In this document: in pieces, positions 9,717 to 18,232 of the stretch | Numbering within the stretch: the stretch's first letter is position 1 | Layout of the letters: the number at the start of each line of letters is the position of its first letter | NCBI GenBank assembly: GCA_012513315.1 | Contig: JAAZCL010000065.1 | Span: forward strand, 1 to 48,335 | DNA: 48,335 bases | Direction: 5' to 3' | DNA from: Bacteroidales bacterium | GTDB taxonomy: Bacteria > Bacteroidota > Bacteroidia > Bacteroidales > Dysgonomonadaceae | Notes under the pieces: model-generated | Database searches by the model: none | Told to the model about the DNA's origin: nothing | Seen by the model: only the letters and a program-made list of their open reading frames with translations | Translations under genes and position numbers: made by a program

Positions 9717-12700
9717 TTATTTTTTTTGATAAACTCTTACATAGTCTACTTCATAGTTTAAAGGAAAAGCATCTACATCTAGAGTTCCTCCATGACGACC
9801 GCCAATAGCAAGATTAAGTAAAATATAGTGTGGTTGCCTAAACGGGTTTTTATGATTACCTAATGAACCGTTAATGGTTTCACTGAGGAGAGTTTCGTTA
9901 AGTAACTCATCATCCAAATAAAGTCTAATTGACTCTTCGTCCCAGTCCATTCTCCAGATATGAAATTTTTCTGCCCAATTTGGGTCTTTGTCTGTGAAAT
10001 TTGAGAACGGTGTGGCAGAACTATCCCATTTAGCATTAAATCTTGTATCTGTACCCCAGGCTGTATTAGCAAGGATATGTGGTACGCCATCAATTCGGTA
10101 ATATTCCATTATGTCGATCTCACCATTAGAAGGCCATTCCATTTCGGTTCCTAAAGTCCATATTGCTGGCCAGGAACCACCTGCAGTAGGGATTCTTGCT
10201 CTAATTTCGAAACGACCATACTGAAACTCCTTATTACCTTGTGTTTTAATTGATGAAGAACTATACTCTATCTTTTCTCTTTCATGTGCCCAGAAGTTGC
10301 TTCCAGATTCAAACATAGGGTTGTCTCTGTCTTCGCTGCGAGCCGTAATTGAAAGTACACCGTCTTTGCACACTGCATTATCTTCTTGGTACCATTGTAG
10401 TTCATTGTTGCGAACAAATCCTTTCTCGAACGACCATACATTGCTGTCGGGAGCACCATTTATATCAAACTCATCATTCCATACAAGGTTGTAGCCTGCA
10501 TATGATTTGGGTTCACTTTTATCAGGAAGCAATTCGTCAAAAGTCTCTAGAGACCAATTGTCCATCCACTTTAGAATTGGATATCCGTTTTCAAAATGTA
10601 TGGGCAACCAGATGTAACGACTGTCACCTAAATTTCCAGGCCTCCATCTGTCAGCCATAAAAATAAAAGCGTCTTTTTTCCCCTCAACCGGTAGGATATA
10701 TGTACTTTGTGACTCAAATGTGCGGTGTGCACCTTTTCCTTTTGCAGGATTAGGGAATTCTGTCCATTCGCCCATGATGTCATCAGCAACGAGCAGACGA
10801 GCAGCATTGGGCTCCCATCCTGTACAGCCAGAAGTGATCATAAAATACCGACCATTTTTTTTAAATATCGCTGGAGCTTCGTTATGACCGCCTGGGGCAA
10901 CCCGGATGTAACGTCCGGTATGTTCAAGGTAATCATCGGAAAGTTCAGCAATATTGAGTGTTAGATTTTCTTCTGCTGAATAAATATGATATGCTTTATT
11001 ATCATCATCAACAAAAAGAGTCATGTCACGCGACATCTGACCATCTTCGAGGTCGTGACGAGCATGAACGCCTTCTTCTATGGCAAGCATCCATTCAGGA
11101 GTCCACCAGCTATCGAAATCGCTTAATTGTACGGTAGATTTCTTTTCTTCCTCTGACATATTCAAAGGATAGTGTCCTGCATTTACTCTTGATGATTTAA
11201 TATAAGTGAAGGGCCCTATTGGTGAGTCGCTTACAGCTAGTCCGTAGCGAGCAGCTGCGTATCCTTGTTCTTTAAGTTCGAGATGGAAGTACATGACAAA
11301 TTTATTCGTTTTCTCGTTAAATATAACTTTCGGACGTTCGATAATACAACCTTTTACTATAGGACTATTTTCATCTTCAGAAACTTTGAGTACTACTCCT
11401 TCATTTTTCCAGTTATACAGATCTTTCGACGAGTAGCATGTTACACCCTCTTCTGTGATAAAACCACTATTAGGTCTGTGTTCGCCATACCAGTAGTAAG
11501 TTCCTTCATGATGTATGATACCACCACCATGTGCATTGATATGATTGCCCTGGTCATCTCTCCAAATTGCACCCGGAGTAAAAGATGTTTTTGATTCGGC
11601 ACGTTTTACCATCTCACTTGCAGCAAGTAAGAAGGCGCCAACTCCAAAGTCTGAAGTTGTTTCGGGACCAACATTGTTGTGTTGATCTGCTCTTTCACCA
11701 ATTGGTTGTACATAACCCACAAGGCCATTATCCTGAAGAGCAATTTTGGTTAGATATTCCCATCCTTTTTCTACAGTTGGTAAATACTCCTGTTCATTCA
11801 GATAGCCATTATTCAGTCCCCACAAGTATCCGTACACAAAAAATGCAGTACCGCTGGTTTCATAACCGGGTGCATGTTGTAAATCAATTATACTTCTGCT
11901 CCAGTATCCTTCGTCTTGTTGAGAATTCTTTAGTGACTCTGCCATAGTTTGATATACATGGATATACTCATCTCTATGTATATTATTTAATGGTAAATCT
12001 TCTAATACTTTGGCCAGTCCTGCAAACACCCATCCGTTACCTCTTGCCCAGAAATCTTTTTCTCCATTATTTGTTTTATGTTCAGGAAAAATGTACTTGG
12101 CATCTCTATAAAACAGTCCACTTTCTTCATCATACATCAGTTCTTTTGCAAAGCTGAAATATTCGTAGAGTTTATTTAAGTAGAGTTCATTATTTGTAAT
12201 GTTGTACAATTTTGTCATTACAGGCATAACCATGTATAGTCCGTCTGCCCACCACCAATAATCGTTCTGCTGAGTGCTCATCTGATACTCCATCACCTCG
12301 ATAGCCCTGGCAATCTTATAATCATCAGGGTCAAGATTGTACAGATCTGCATAAACCTGAAAACAGGTCTGCCAATCACCGAATAGGACGTAGTCGTCTG
12401 TCTCTCCGTATGAATATTTCCAATTGCTGCGATTGTCTGATTTTGCACCTTTCCATTCGTTGGCTTTTGCCCATGAAGTTGAAAAATCAAGATACCGTTG
12501 TTCTTTCGTAACCTCGTAAGCAGCCATATTACCAGTATGGTAAGCAGCCCTATGCCAGAAAGCATCTTCATGCTTTGGTTTGTTTAATTGCCAGGCATCA
12601 TTTACTTTACGAAGGATTTCAATTGCTTCATTTTTTGAAGTGATTAATTCATTCTTGTTTTTATTAAGAGATGAATTTGCGCCACATCCAATGCTAAGCA

Positions 12701-12743
12701 AAGAAAAGACTATTAGTAGTATGATTAGAGAATTGTTCTTCAT
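9717..12743 (-). CDS. Tri-modular glycoside hydrolase lipoprotein: GH105/GH88-like + GH43 (subfamily 24-like) + GH16
   Basis: Lipobox LLSIG-C. GH105 motifs: WWWADGLYM, FWARGNGW, ETSGTAFF, GVGAFLLA. GH43_24 motifs: INAHGGG, YYWYGE, IERPKV, RDMTLFVDDD, NEAPA, ESQST. GH16 motifs: LVWNDEF, WPAIW, GEIDIMEY, YILLNLAIGG, VDYVRVYQ. Confidence 0.88.
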   Translation of the reverse strand: MKNNSLIILLIVFSLLSIGCGANSSLNKNKNELITSKNEAIEILRKVNDAWQLNKPKHEDAFWHRAAYHTGNMAAYEVTKEQRYLDFSTSWAKANEWKGAKSDNRSNWKYSYGETDDYVLFGDWQTCFQVYADLYNLDPDDYKIARAIEVMEYQMSTQQNDYWWWADGLYMVMPVMTKLYNITNNELYLNKLYEYFSFAKELMYDEESGLFYRDAKYIFPEHKTNNGEKDFWARGNGWVFAGLAKVLEDLPLNNIHRDEYIHVYQTMAESLKNSQQDEGYWSRSIIDLQHAPGYETSGTAFFVYGYLWGLNNGYLNEQEYLPTVEKGWEYLTKIALQDNGLVGYVQPIGERADQHNNVGPETTSDFGVGAFLLAASEMVKRAESKTSFTPGAIWRDDQGNHINAHGGGIIHHEGTYYWYGEHRPNSGFITEEGVTCYSSKDLYNWKNEGVVLKVSEDENSPIVKGCIIERPKVIFNEKTNKFVMYFHLELKEQGYAAARYGLAVSDSPIGPFTYIKSSRVNAGHYPLNMSEEEKKSTVQLSDFDSWWTPEWMLAIEEGVHARHDLEDGQMSRDMTLFVDDDNKAYHIYSAEENLTLNIAELSDDYLEHTGRYIRVAPGGHNEAPAIFKKNGRYFMITSGCTGWEPNAARLLVADDIMGEWTEFPNPAKGKGAHRTFESQSTYILPVEGKKDAFIFMADRWRPGNLGDSRYIWLPIHFENGYPILKWMDNWSLETFDELLPDKSEPKSYAGYNLVWNDEFDINGAPDSNVWSFEKGFVRNNELQWYQEDNAVCKDGVLSITARSEDRDNPMFESGSNFWAHEREKIEYSSSSIKTQGNKEFQYGRFEIRARIPTAGGSWPAIWTLGTEMEWPSNGEIDIMEYYRIDGVPHILANTAWGTDTRFNAKWDSSATPFSNFTDKDPNWAEKFHIWRMDWDEESIRLYLDDELLNETLLSETINGSLGNHKNPFRQPHYILLNLAIGGRHGGTLDVDAFPLNYEVDYVRVYQKK

Positions 12744-12823
12744 TTATTTATATAATTAAGTTCAAATTTCAGGATCATAAATGTCAATCTTAACATTAAA
12801 GACCGAGACAGAATAATGAGAAT

Positions 12824-12857
12824 AAAAAAAGGGCTGTTCACTTTAATGACAGCCCCC
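12824..12857 (-). terminator. Intrinsic terminator of the bamA-skp operon
   Basis: Minus strand reads gggctgtcattaaagtgaacagccc followed by T7, about 20 nt after the skp stop. Confidence 0.75.
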
Positions 12858-12877
12858 ATTTATAGCATATATTTTTA

Positions 12878-13387
12878 TTACAAGCCTAACTGAGTTTTTA
12901 CATCCTGAGTTATATTTGTAGCAGAAGGGTTCACATAAACAATTGGTGATTGCATTGTAGACACATCAAATACATAAGTGTAGTTGTTAGTATCTCCAAC
13001 AATTTTAATAGCATCGGCAATCTTTTGATTTAGAGGCTCTAGGAGCTGCTGCTGAAGTTGATTCATCTCTTGCTGGCTGTTTTGCAAGAAGAGTTGATAT
13101 CTCTCCTGAATAGATTGTAACTGTTTTTGTTGATCTTGTATTACAGTTTCTGATGAATTTGCAGAAGAGGTTTCAAATTCTTCGGCCTTCTTGTTGAACT
13201 CATCAATTAATGCCTGTCCGTTTTTATTTATTTGTTCTTGTTTTTGAGATAATTGTGTTTCAATATTACTCAGTTCTGGCATGGCAGCAAAAACCTCCTG
13301 GGCGTTGATGTATGCAATTTTCACATCTTGAGCAACAGCCGCAATTGGAGCTAGTGCAATAAAAAAGATTAATAATTTCTTTAACAT
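12878..13387 (-). CDS. skp: OmpH/Skp periplasmic chaperone (second copy)
   Basis: Signal AVA-Q, KIAYINAQEVF..MPE, coiled coil, YTYVFD, NITQDV..QLG. Confidence 0.9.
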   Translation of the reverse strand: MLKKLLIFFIALAPIAAVAQDVKIAYINAQEVFAAMPELSNIETQLSQKQEQINKNGQALIDEFNKKAEEFETSSANSSETVIQDQQKQLQSIQERYQLFLQNSQQEMNQLQQQLLEPLNQKIADAIKIVGDTNNYTYVFDVSTMQSPIVYVNPSATNITQDVKTQLGL

Positions 13388-13449
13388 GATTTCTATTTTA
13401 TAATTTTAAATTCTTTAAAAAATCGGGTACAAATATATGCGATTAATTT

Positions 13450-13962
13450 TTAATAGCCTAATATTGAAAGTACTTCGTCGCTGATATCAATTGAGGGTGA
13501 TGCAAAAATTATTGAAGTAGCTGAAGCCCTATCAATAACCATAGTATAACCTTTATCCACCGACAACTCTTTTACCGCTTCGTAGATATTATCTTGAATC
13601 GGTTTAATTAATTTCTCCTGTTGTAGAAAAAGTTCTCCTTGAGAACCAAAATATTTATTTCGTATCTCTTGAATTTCGTTCTCTTTAGCTACTATTTCAT
13701 TCTCTCGTTTCGTTTTCTCTTCACCCTTTAGCAATGGCAAATCACTCTGATATTTCTTATACATAGCATTAACTACTTCTACTTCATTATCGATTGTACT
13801 CTGCCATTGTTTTGATAAGTCCTCAATTTGCTCGTTGGCATTTTCAAATGACGGTATTCTGTTAAGAATATATTCCATATCTATAAACGCATATTGCTGC
13901 GCCCATGTAATCCCTATAGATAATGAAATGAATAAGCTGATTAATAAAACAATTTTCTTCAT
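13450..13962 (-). CDS. skp: OmpH/Skp periplasmic chaperone (first copy)
   Basis: YAFIDMEYILNRIP, YFGSQGELF, IKPIQD, IDISDEVL..LGY. Directly downstream of bamA. Confidence 0.92.
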   Translation of the reverse strand: MKKIVLLISLFISLSIGITWAQQYAFIDMEYILNRIPSFENANEQIEDLSKQWQSTIDNEVEVVNAMYKKYQSDLPLLKGEEKTKRENEIVAKENEIQEIRNKYFGSQGELFLQQEKLIKPIQDNIYEAVKELSVDKGYTMVIDRASATSIIFASPSIDISDEVLSILGY

Positions 13963-13987
13963 AATTAGTCTCTTTTAGTTGTTATAT

Positions 13988-14015
13988 AAGACGTGCTTTA
14001 CATTCAAATGTTTAT
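13988..14015 (-). promoter_or_regulatory. Putative ECF (sigmaE-like) promoter for skp
   Basis: Minus strand ATAAAC-N15-ACGTCTT, about 25 nt upstream of the ATG. Has the AAC / CGTC cores typical of ECF promoters. Confidence 0.45.
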
Positions 14016-14044
14016 TATCATCAAGATAAAGATTGTTAAATAAA

Positions 14045-16738
14045 TCAGAACTCCTGACCAATGATGAAGTGGAATTGACTACCTCCTCTATCTCTGTATC
14101 CAGTTCCATAAACAGTGTCAAACCCATATGCCCAGTCAATACCCATTAATCCAATCATTGGAAGGAATATTCTAACTCCTGCACCAGCAGAACGTTTTAG
14201 GTCGAATGGATTAACTTCACTGAGATTCATCCAAGCGTTACCTGCTTCCAAGAAGGCAACACCATAAATAGTAGAATTAGGTTCAAGAATAAATGGGTAA
14301 CGTAGCTCAAGTCCCAATCTAGTGTAGGCACGTGACTGCATTGCAATAGAATTGTTCTCGTAACCTCTCAATGCAATAGTTTCAGTAGCAAAACTGCTTG
14401 TATAACCAGTCATGCCATCCCCGCCCACATCAAATGTTTCAAAAGGAGTGAGTTTGTTCTTGTTATAGTGACCCAGTATACCAAATTCTGCTCTGGTTGC
14501 AATTACTGGTGTACGCGTTACTGATAATGATGTAACAGGCGTATATGTTCTCATTTTAAGTTTCCACTTATGATATTCATTCCATTTATATTTGTCGGAA
14601 TTATTATCACTCATCTTTGCATAATCTCTACCATCCCAAAGTGAAAAAGGAGGAGTTGCGTTAACACTCAAAGAGAACTCAGAGCCTGTTCTAGTATATA
14701 TTGGATTATCTATAGATGTTCTGGAGAGAGTTAAACCCAATGTAATACTATTACTTGTACCCGTTTGAAAAGGGAAGCGGTTATATGACCAATTTTTTAA
14801 TCCGTACCTTTGGAACCCAAGCTGTGCCATTATTTGGAAATAGTCATCTGGCCATTCTAGTCGTTTACCATATCCGAACGATGCTCCAAAAATATTAAAT
14901 ACCTGATCCGGATCGGCTGCATACTCTGCTAAGTCTTGACCATAACCACCATAACCACCATAACCTCCGTAACCGCCGTAACCTCCATAGCCGCCGTATC
15001 CTCCACCATAGCCAGGATATCCTCCATAACCATACATGTAAGGATTAGTGTTTTGTTGGTAATAGTCGGTATTTAATCCAGTATATCTAGAATAGTATAC
15101 ATTCAAAGAAAAATGGTTAGGTCTTTTACCCCCGAACCATGGTTCAATAAACTGAAATTGATATGATTGATAATATCTTCCATTAGTTTGTGCACTTAAT
15201 ACAAGTGTTTGTCCATCTCCCTGTGGAATTATACCTCTATGCATCTCAGGATTGAGCATATTCCTTAGAGAAAAGTTATTTAATTTCAAACTTAATTTTC
15301 CCACAAGTCCAGTTACACCCCATCCAGCAGAAAATTCAATTTGATCGTTTCCTTTAGAAGTTAACGGATATGTGATATCTACTGTTCCATCTTCTGGATT
15401 AGGATTAATACCTCCAGAGATATCCGCTGAAAGTGCTTCCGGATCAAAATGACCTGTCTGAGCAATTTCTCTTACAGATCGTAATAAATCGTCTTTGCTA
15501 AATACAGCACCCGGTTTAGTAAGTAGTTCTCTACGAATAACATCTTCGTAAAGTCTGTCATTACCTTGTATAATAACTTGCTTAATAGTTGCTTTAGGAC
15601 CCTCAACAACCCTAAGCTCTAAATCAATAGAATCGTTTTCAATATTAATTTCAATTGGATCGATATTAGAAAATAGATACCCATTATTTTGATATAGGTT
15701 TACTACTGCATCTTCATCAACCACTAATCTCTCTTCTAGTTTTTTCTGGTTATAAATATCACCAGATTCCATATTAAGTAACAGTGAAAGTTGTGCAGAA
15801 GGATATTGAGTGTTACCCACCCAATTGATAGAGCGAATATGATAAATAGGACCTTCTTCAAGTTCAATTTCAATATTAACTGTTTTGTCGTCAAACTTAT
15901 ATACAGTGTCTCTTAATATTTCTGCATCTCTGAATCCCTTTTCATGATACTTGCTCAACAGTTTTTGAATATCTTCTTGGTAAAGTTCTTCGACAAACTT
16001 TTTAGCACGGAAGATATTCAGCAGTTTACCTTTTTCATTTGTCTTTTTCATTGCTCTCTTTAAAGTTCGGTCAGAGAGAGCTTCATTACCAAATATACTG
16101 ATATTATTTACCTTAAGCTTTTCTTTCTTATCAACTACAATTTCAAGAACAACTTGATTTTTACCAGTGGTGTCAGGATGTTGCAACAGTCTTACTTCTG
16201 CATCACCAAACCCTTTGTCGTCATAGTATTGTTTTATAAAAATTTCTGCTCTATCTATTTGTGGAGGAGTTATTTGAATTCCCTTTACAAATCCAATTTT
16301 CGCTTCTATGTCGTCCTGTTCGCTTTTCTTTATACCTGTATACCGAATATCTAAAACACGTGGTCGGTCGGTTAGTCTAATTTCAAGCCATACACTATCT
16401 CCTTGGATATCAGTCTGAAATATTTTAACATCAGAAAATAGTCCCTGACGCCAAAATCTTTTAAGAGCATTTGAAATATCTTCTCCTGGGATTTGAATTT
16501 CTTGTCCTTTAGATAATCCTGCAAAGTTGATCAATACAAATTCCTGACCAGCATACATTGTTTCTTCTACACCGGTAACAGTTATATCGGCAATATAATA
16601 CTTCTTTGGAGCTGCAGTATAATTCACATTAAGGTCACTACTCTCTATAACATTTATTGAATCATTGGTTTGTGCCAATAAATAATTCTGTGAAAGCAAT
16701 GTGAGTAATAGAAGTAAATTAATTATTCTCTTCAACAT
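14045..16738 (-). CDS. bamA: Outer membrane protein assembly factor BamA
   Basis: POTRA repeats, IALRGYEN, GAGVRIFLPMIGLMGIDWAYGFD, C-terminal FHFIIGQEF. Context uppS-bamA-skp. Confidence 0.96.
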   Translation of the reverse strand: MLKRIINLLLLLTLLSQNYLLAQTNDSINVIESSDLNVNYTAAPKKYYIADITVTGVEETMYAGQEFVLINFAGLSKGQEIQIPGEDISNALKRFWRQGLFSDVKIFQTDIQGDSVWLEIRLTDRPRVLDIRYTGIKKSEQDDIEAKIGFVKGIQITPPQIDRAEIFIKQYYDDKGFGDAEVRLLQHPDTTGKNQVVLEIVVDKKEKLKVNNISIFGNEALSDRTLKRAMKKTNEKGKLLNIFRAKKFVEELYQEDIQKLLSKYHEKGFRDAEILRDTVYKFDDKTVNIEIELEEGPIYHIRSINWVGNTQYPSAQLSLLLNMESGDIYNQKKLEERLVVDEDAVVNLYQNNGYLFSNIDPIEINIENDSIDLELRVVEGPKATIKQVIIQGNDRLYEDVIRRELLTKPGAVFSKDDLLRSVREIAQTGHFDPEALSADISGGINPNPEDGTVDITYPLTSKGNDQIEFSAGWGVTGLVGKLSLKLNNFSLRNMLNPEMHRGIIPQGDGQTLVLSAQTNGRYYQSYQFQFIEPWFGGKRPNHFSLNVYYSRYTGLNTDYYQQNTNPYMYGYGGYPGYGGGYGGYGGYGGYGGYGGYGGYGQDLAEYAADPDQVFNIFGASFGYGKRLEWPDDYFQIMAQLGFQRYGLKNWSYNRFPFQTGTSNSITLGLTLSRTSIDNPIYTRTGSEFSLSVNATPPFSLWDGRDYAKMSDNNSDKYKWNEYHKWKLKMRTYTPVTSLSVTRTPVIATRAEFGILGHYNKNKLTPFETFDVGGDGMTGYTSSFATETIALRGYENNSIAMQSRAYTRLGLELRYPFILEPNSTIYGVAFLEAGNAWMNLSEVNPFDLKRSAGAGVRIFLPMIGLMGIDWAYGFDTVYGTGYRDRGGSQFHFIIGQEF
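14939..15035 (-). repeat. Degenerate 9-bp tandem repeat encoding a (GGY)n tract in BamA
   Basis: YGYGGYPGYGGGYGGYGGYGGYGGYGGYGGYG. Wobble positions vary between units. Confidence 0.9.
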
Positions 16739-16758
16739 TATTTTTTATTTCTTTTCGC

Positions 16759-17511
16759 TTACTTTTCGTCGTACTCTATTTGGTCATTTATTTTGCCAAA
16801 TCGTCTTTCTCTTCTTTGAAAATCGATAACAGCATCATATAAATCTTTTTCTCCAAAGTCTGGCCAGTAAACATCTGTAAAGTAAAATTCAGCATAAGCA
16901 CATTGCCACAACAAAAAATTACTAATACGTTGTTCACCACCCGTTCTAATTAAAAGATCCGGATCTGGAATACTTCTGGTTGTAAGATACATACTTATGG
17001 TTTCTTCACTTATATCGTCTATCTTTAAAACTCCATTTGTTACATCATCTGCAATTTTTCTTGTTGCATCGGTTAACTCCCATTTAGAAGAGTAACTTAA
17101 AGCAATTATTAAAGTTAGTTTATCACCTTCTCTGGTTTTATAGATGCACTCATTAAGAGCGGTGCTAGCATACTCAGGCAAGCGATTCATATCTCCTATG
17201 CAGATTACTTTAACACCATTCTTCTTTAGGTTCTCAGTCTCTTGGTTAATAGCATAAACCATAAGATCCATGAGCCCATTAACTTCTTCAATTGGCCTAT
17301 TCCAGTTTTCAGTTGAGAAAGCATATAGTGTCAAATACTTAATAGATACTTTTGAGGCAGCTTCTACCACTCTAGTTATAGCTCTAACGCCTTCTCTATG
17401 TCCTTCGCCTCTTTCAAGTCCTTTACTGGTAGCCCACCGTCCATTTCCATCCATAATAATGGCTGTATGTGTGGGAATGCGAGTGTAATCTATATTGTCA
17501 TATATCGACAT
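16759..17511 (-). CDS. uppS: Isoprenyl transferase (undecaprenyl diphosphate synthase)
   Basis: AIIMDGNGRWA, YAFSTENWNRP, PDLLIRTGGEQRISNFLLWQ, RERRFG. Confidence 0.97.
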   Translation of the reverse strand: MSIYDNIDYTRIPTHTAIIMDGNGRWATSKGLERGEGHREGVRAITRVVEAASKVSIKYLTLYAFSTENWNRPIEEVNGLMDLMVYAINQETENLKKNGVKVICIGDMNRLPEYASTALNECIYKTREGDKLTLIIALSYSSKWELTDATRKIADDVTNGVLKIDDISEETISMYLTTRSIPDPDLLIRTGGEQRISNFLLWQCAYAEFYFTDVYWPDFGEKDLYDAVIDFQRRERRFGKINDQIEYDEK

Positions 17512-17530
17512 ATTTTAAACGGCTAATTTG

Positions 17531-18232
17531 TTACATTCCGTGACAAGGGTCTACCCGAGGGTTAAACTCCCATGTCAAGAAAAGCATTGTAAGTGAATAC
17601 CAATCTCTATTTTTAAGCGTACTGCTATTAATTCCGTACGGGCTATCTAAACTCCAATCGGTCTCTTTGTCGGTAACATCAAAGTCATCGTTAAAGAGTT
17701 TGCGTAGAGATAATTCGAGTCCAATATTCAATCTATTTTTTAATTTATATTTAACTCCTACGCCAAAGGGTATGTTCAGCCCAATAAATTTACTATTACC
17801 GTCGGCATAAGTAACACCTGTACCTGCAAAAACATATGGTGTATATGGTCTTGTTCCAGTATAGGTGTATTTATCGCTATAAGGTAAAAAATTAAATTCT
17901 ATCTGTGCTCCTAGATCTGCAAAATTGCGAGAGAAATTTGTCTCCTTTTCAAAAGGCAACTTATACCTTGTGTCAATACTACTTCCAGATACATTCCCTG
18001 CCATTAGGTTAAGTTTAATTGACCAATTAAAAGTCATATTATATCTGAATAAAGCACCTCCACTTAATCCGGGATTTAAGAACAGATTTGTTTTATTAAT
18101 ATCACCCATGTATGACGAAGTTCCTATCGCTCCTCCAATCTCATACTTATACTCCTGAGAATATATTTTGGTAGAAAAGAAAAACGTCAATGAAATCGTT
18201 AGCAGAGTGATTAATTTATTAATCCTGAGCAA
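17531..18232 (-). CDS. porG: PorG/DUF6089-family outer-membrane beta-barrel protein, likely TTG start at 18232
   Basis: Signal IYS-Q, YEIGG..GTSSYMGD, IPFGVGVKYKL, LELSLRKLFNDDFD, KNRDWY. Directly upstream of uppS-bamA-skp, as in Porphyromonas. Confidence 0.7.
   Translation of the reverse strand: MLRINKLITLLTISLTFFFSTKIYSQEYKYEIGGAIGTSSYMGDINKTNLFLNPGLSGGALFRYNMTFNWSIKLNLMAGNVSGSSIDTRYKLPFEKETNFSRNFADLGAQIEFNFLPYSDKYTYTGTRPYTPYVFAGTGVTYADGNSKFIGLNIPFGVGVKYKLKNRLNIGLELSLRKLFNDDFDVTDKETDWSLDSPYGINSSTLKNRDWYSLTMLFLTWEFNPRVDPCHGM

Noticed and set aside
9614-9808. 64-aa ORF starting inside the mini-element
   Set aside because: Not transposase-like, overlaps the GH 3' end antisense, and starts within a hairpin.
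9860-12571. Many overlapping short ORFs within the GH gene and other long genes
   Set aside because: Alternate-frame or antisense shadows with no motifs, more frequent where GC is higher.
12781-12790. Perfect TTGACA on the minus strand upstream of the GH gene
   Set aside because: No TATAAT at 16-18 nt spacing, and Bacteroidota sigma-A does not use this consensus.
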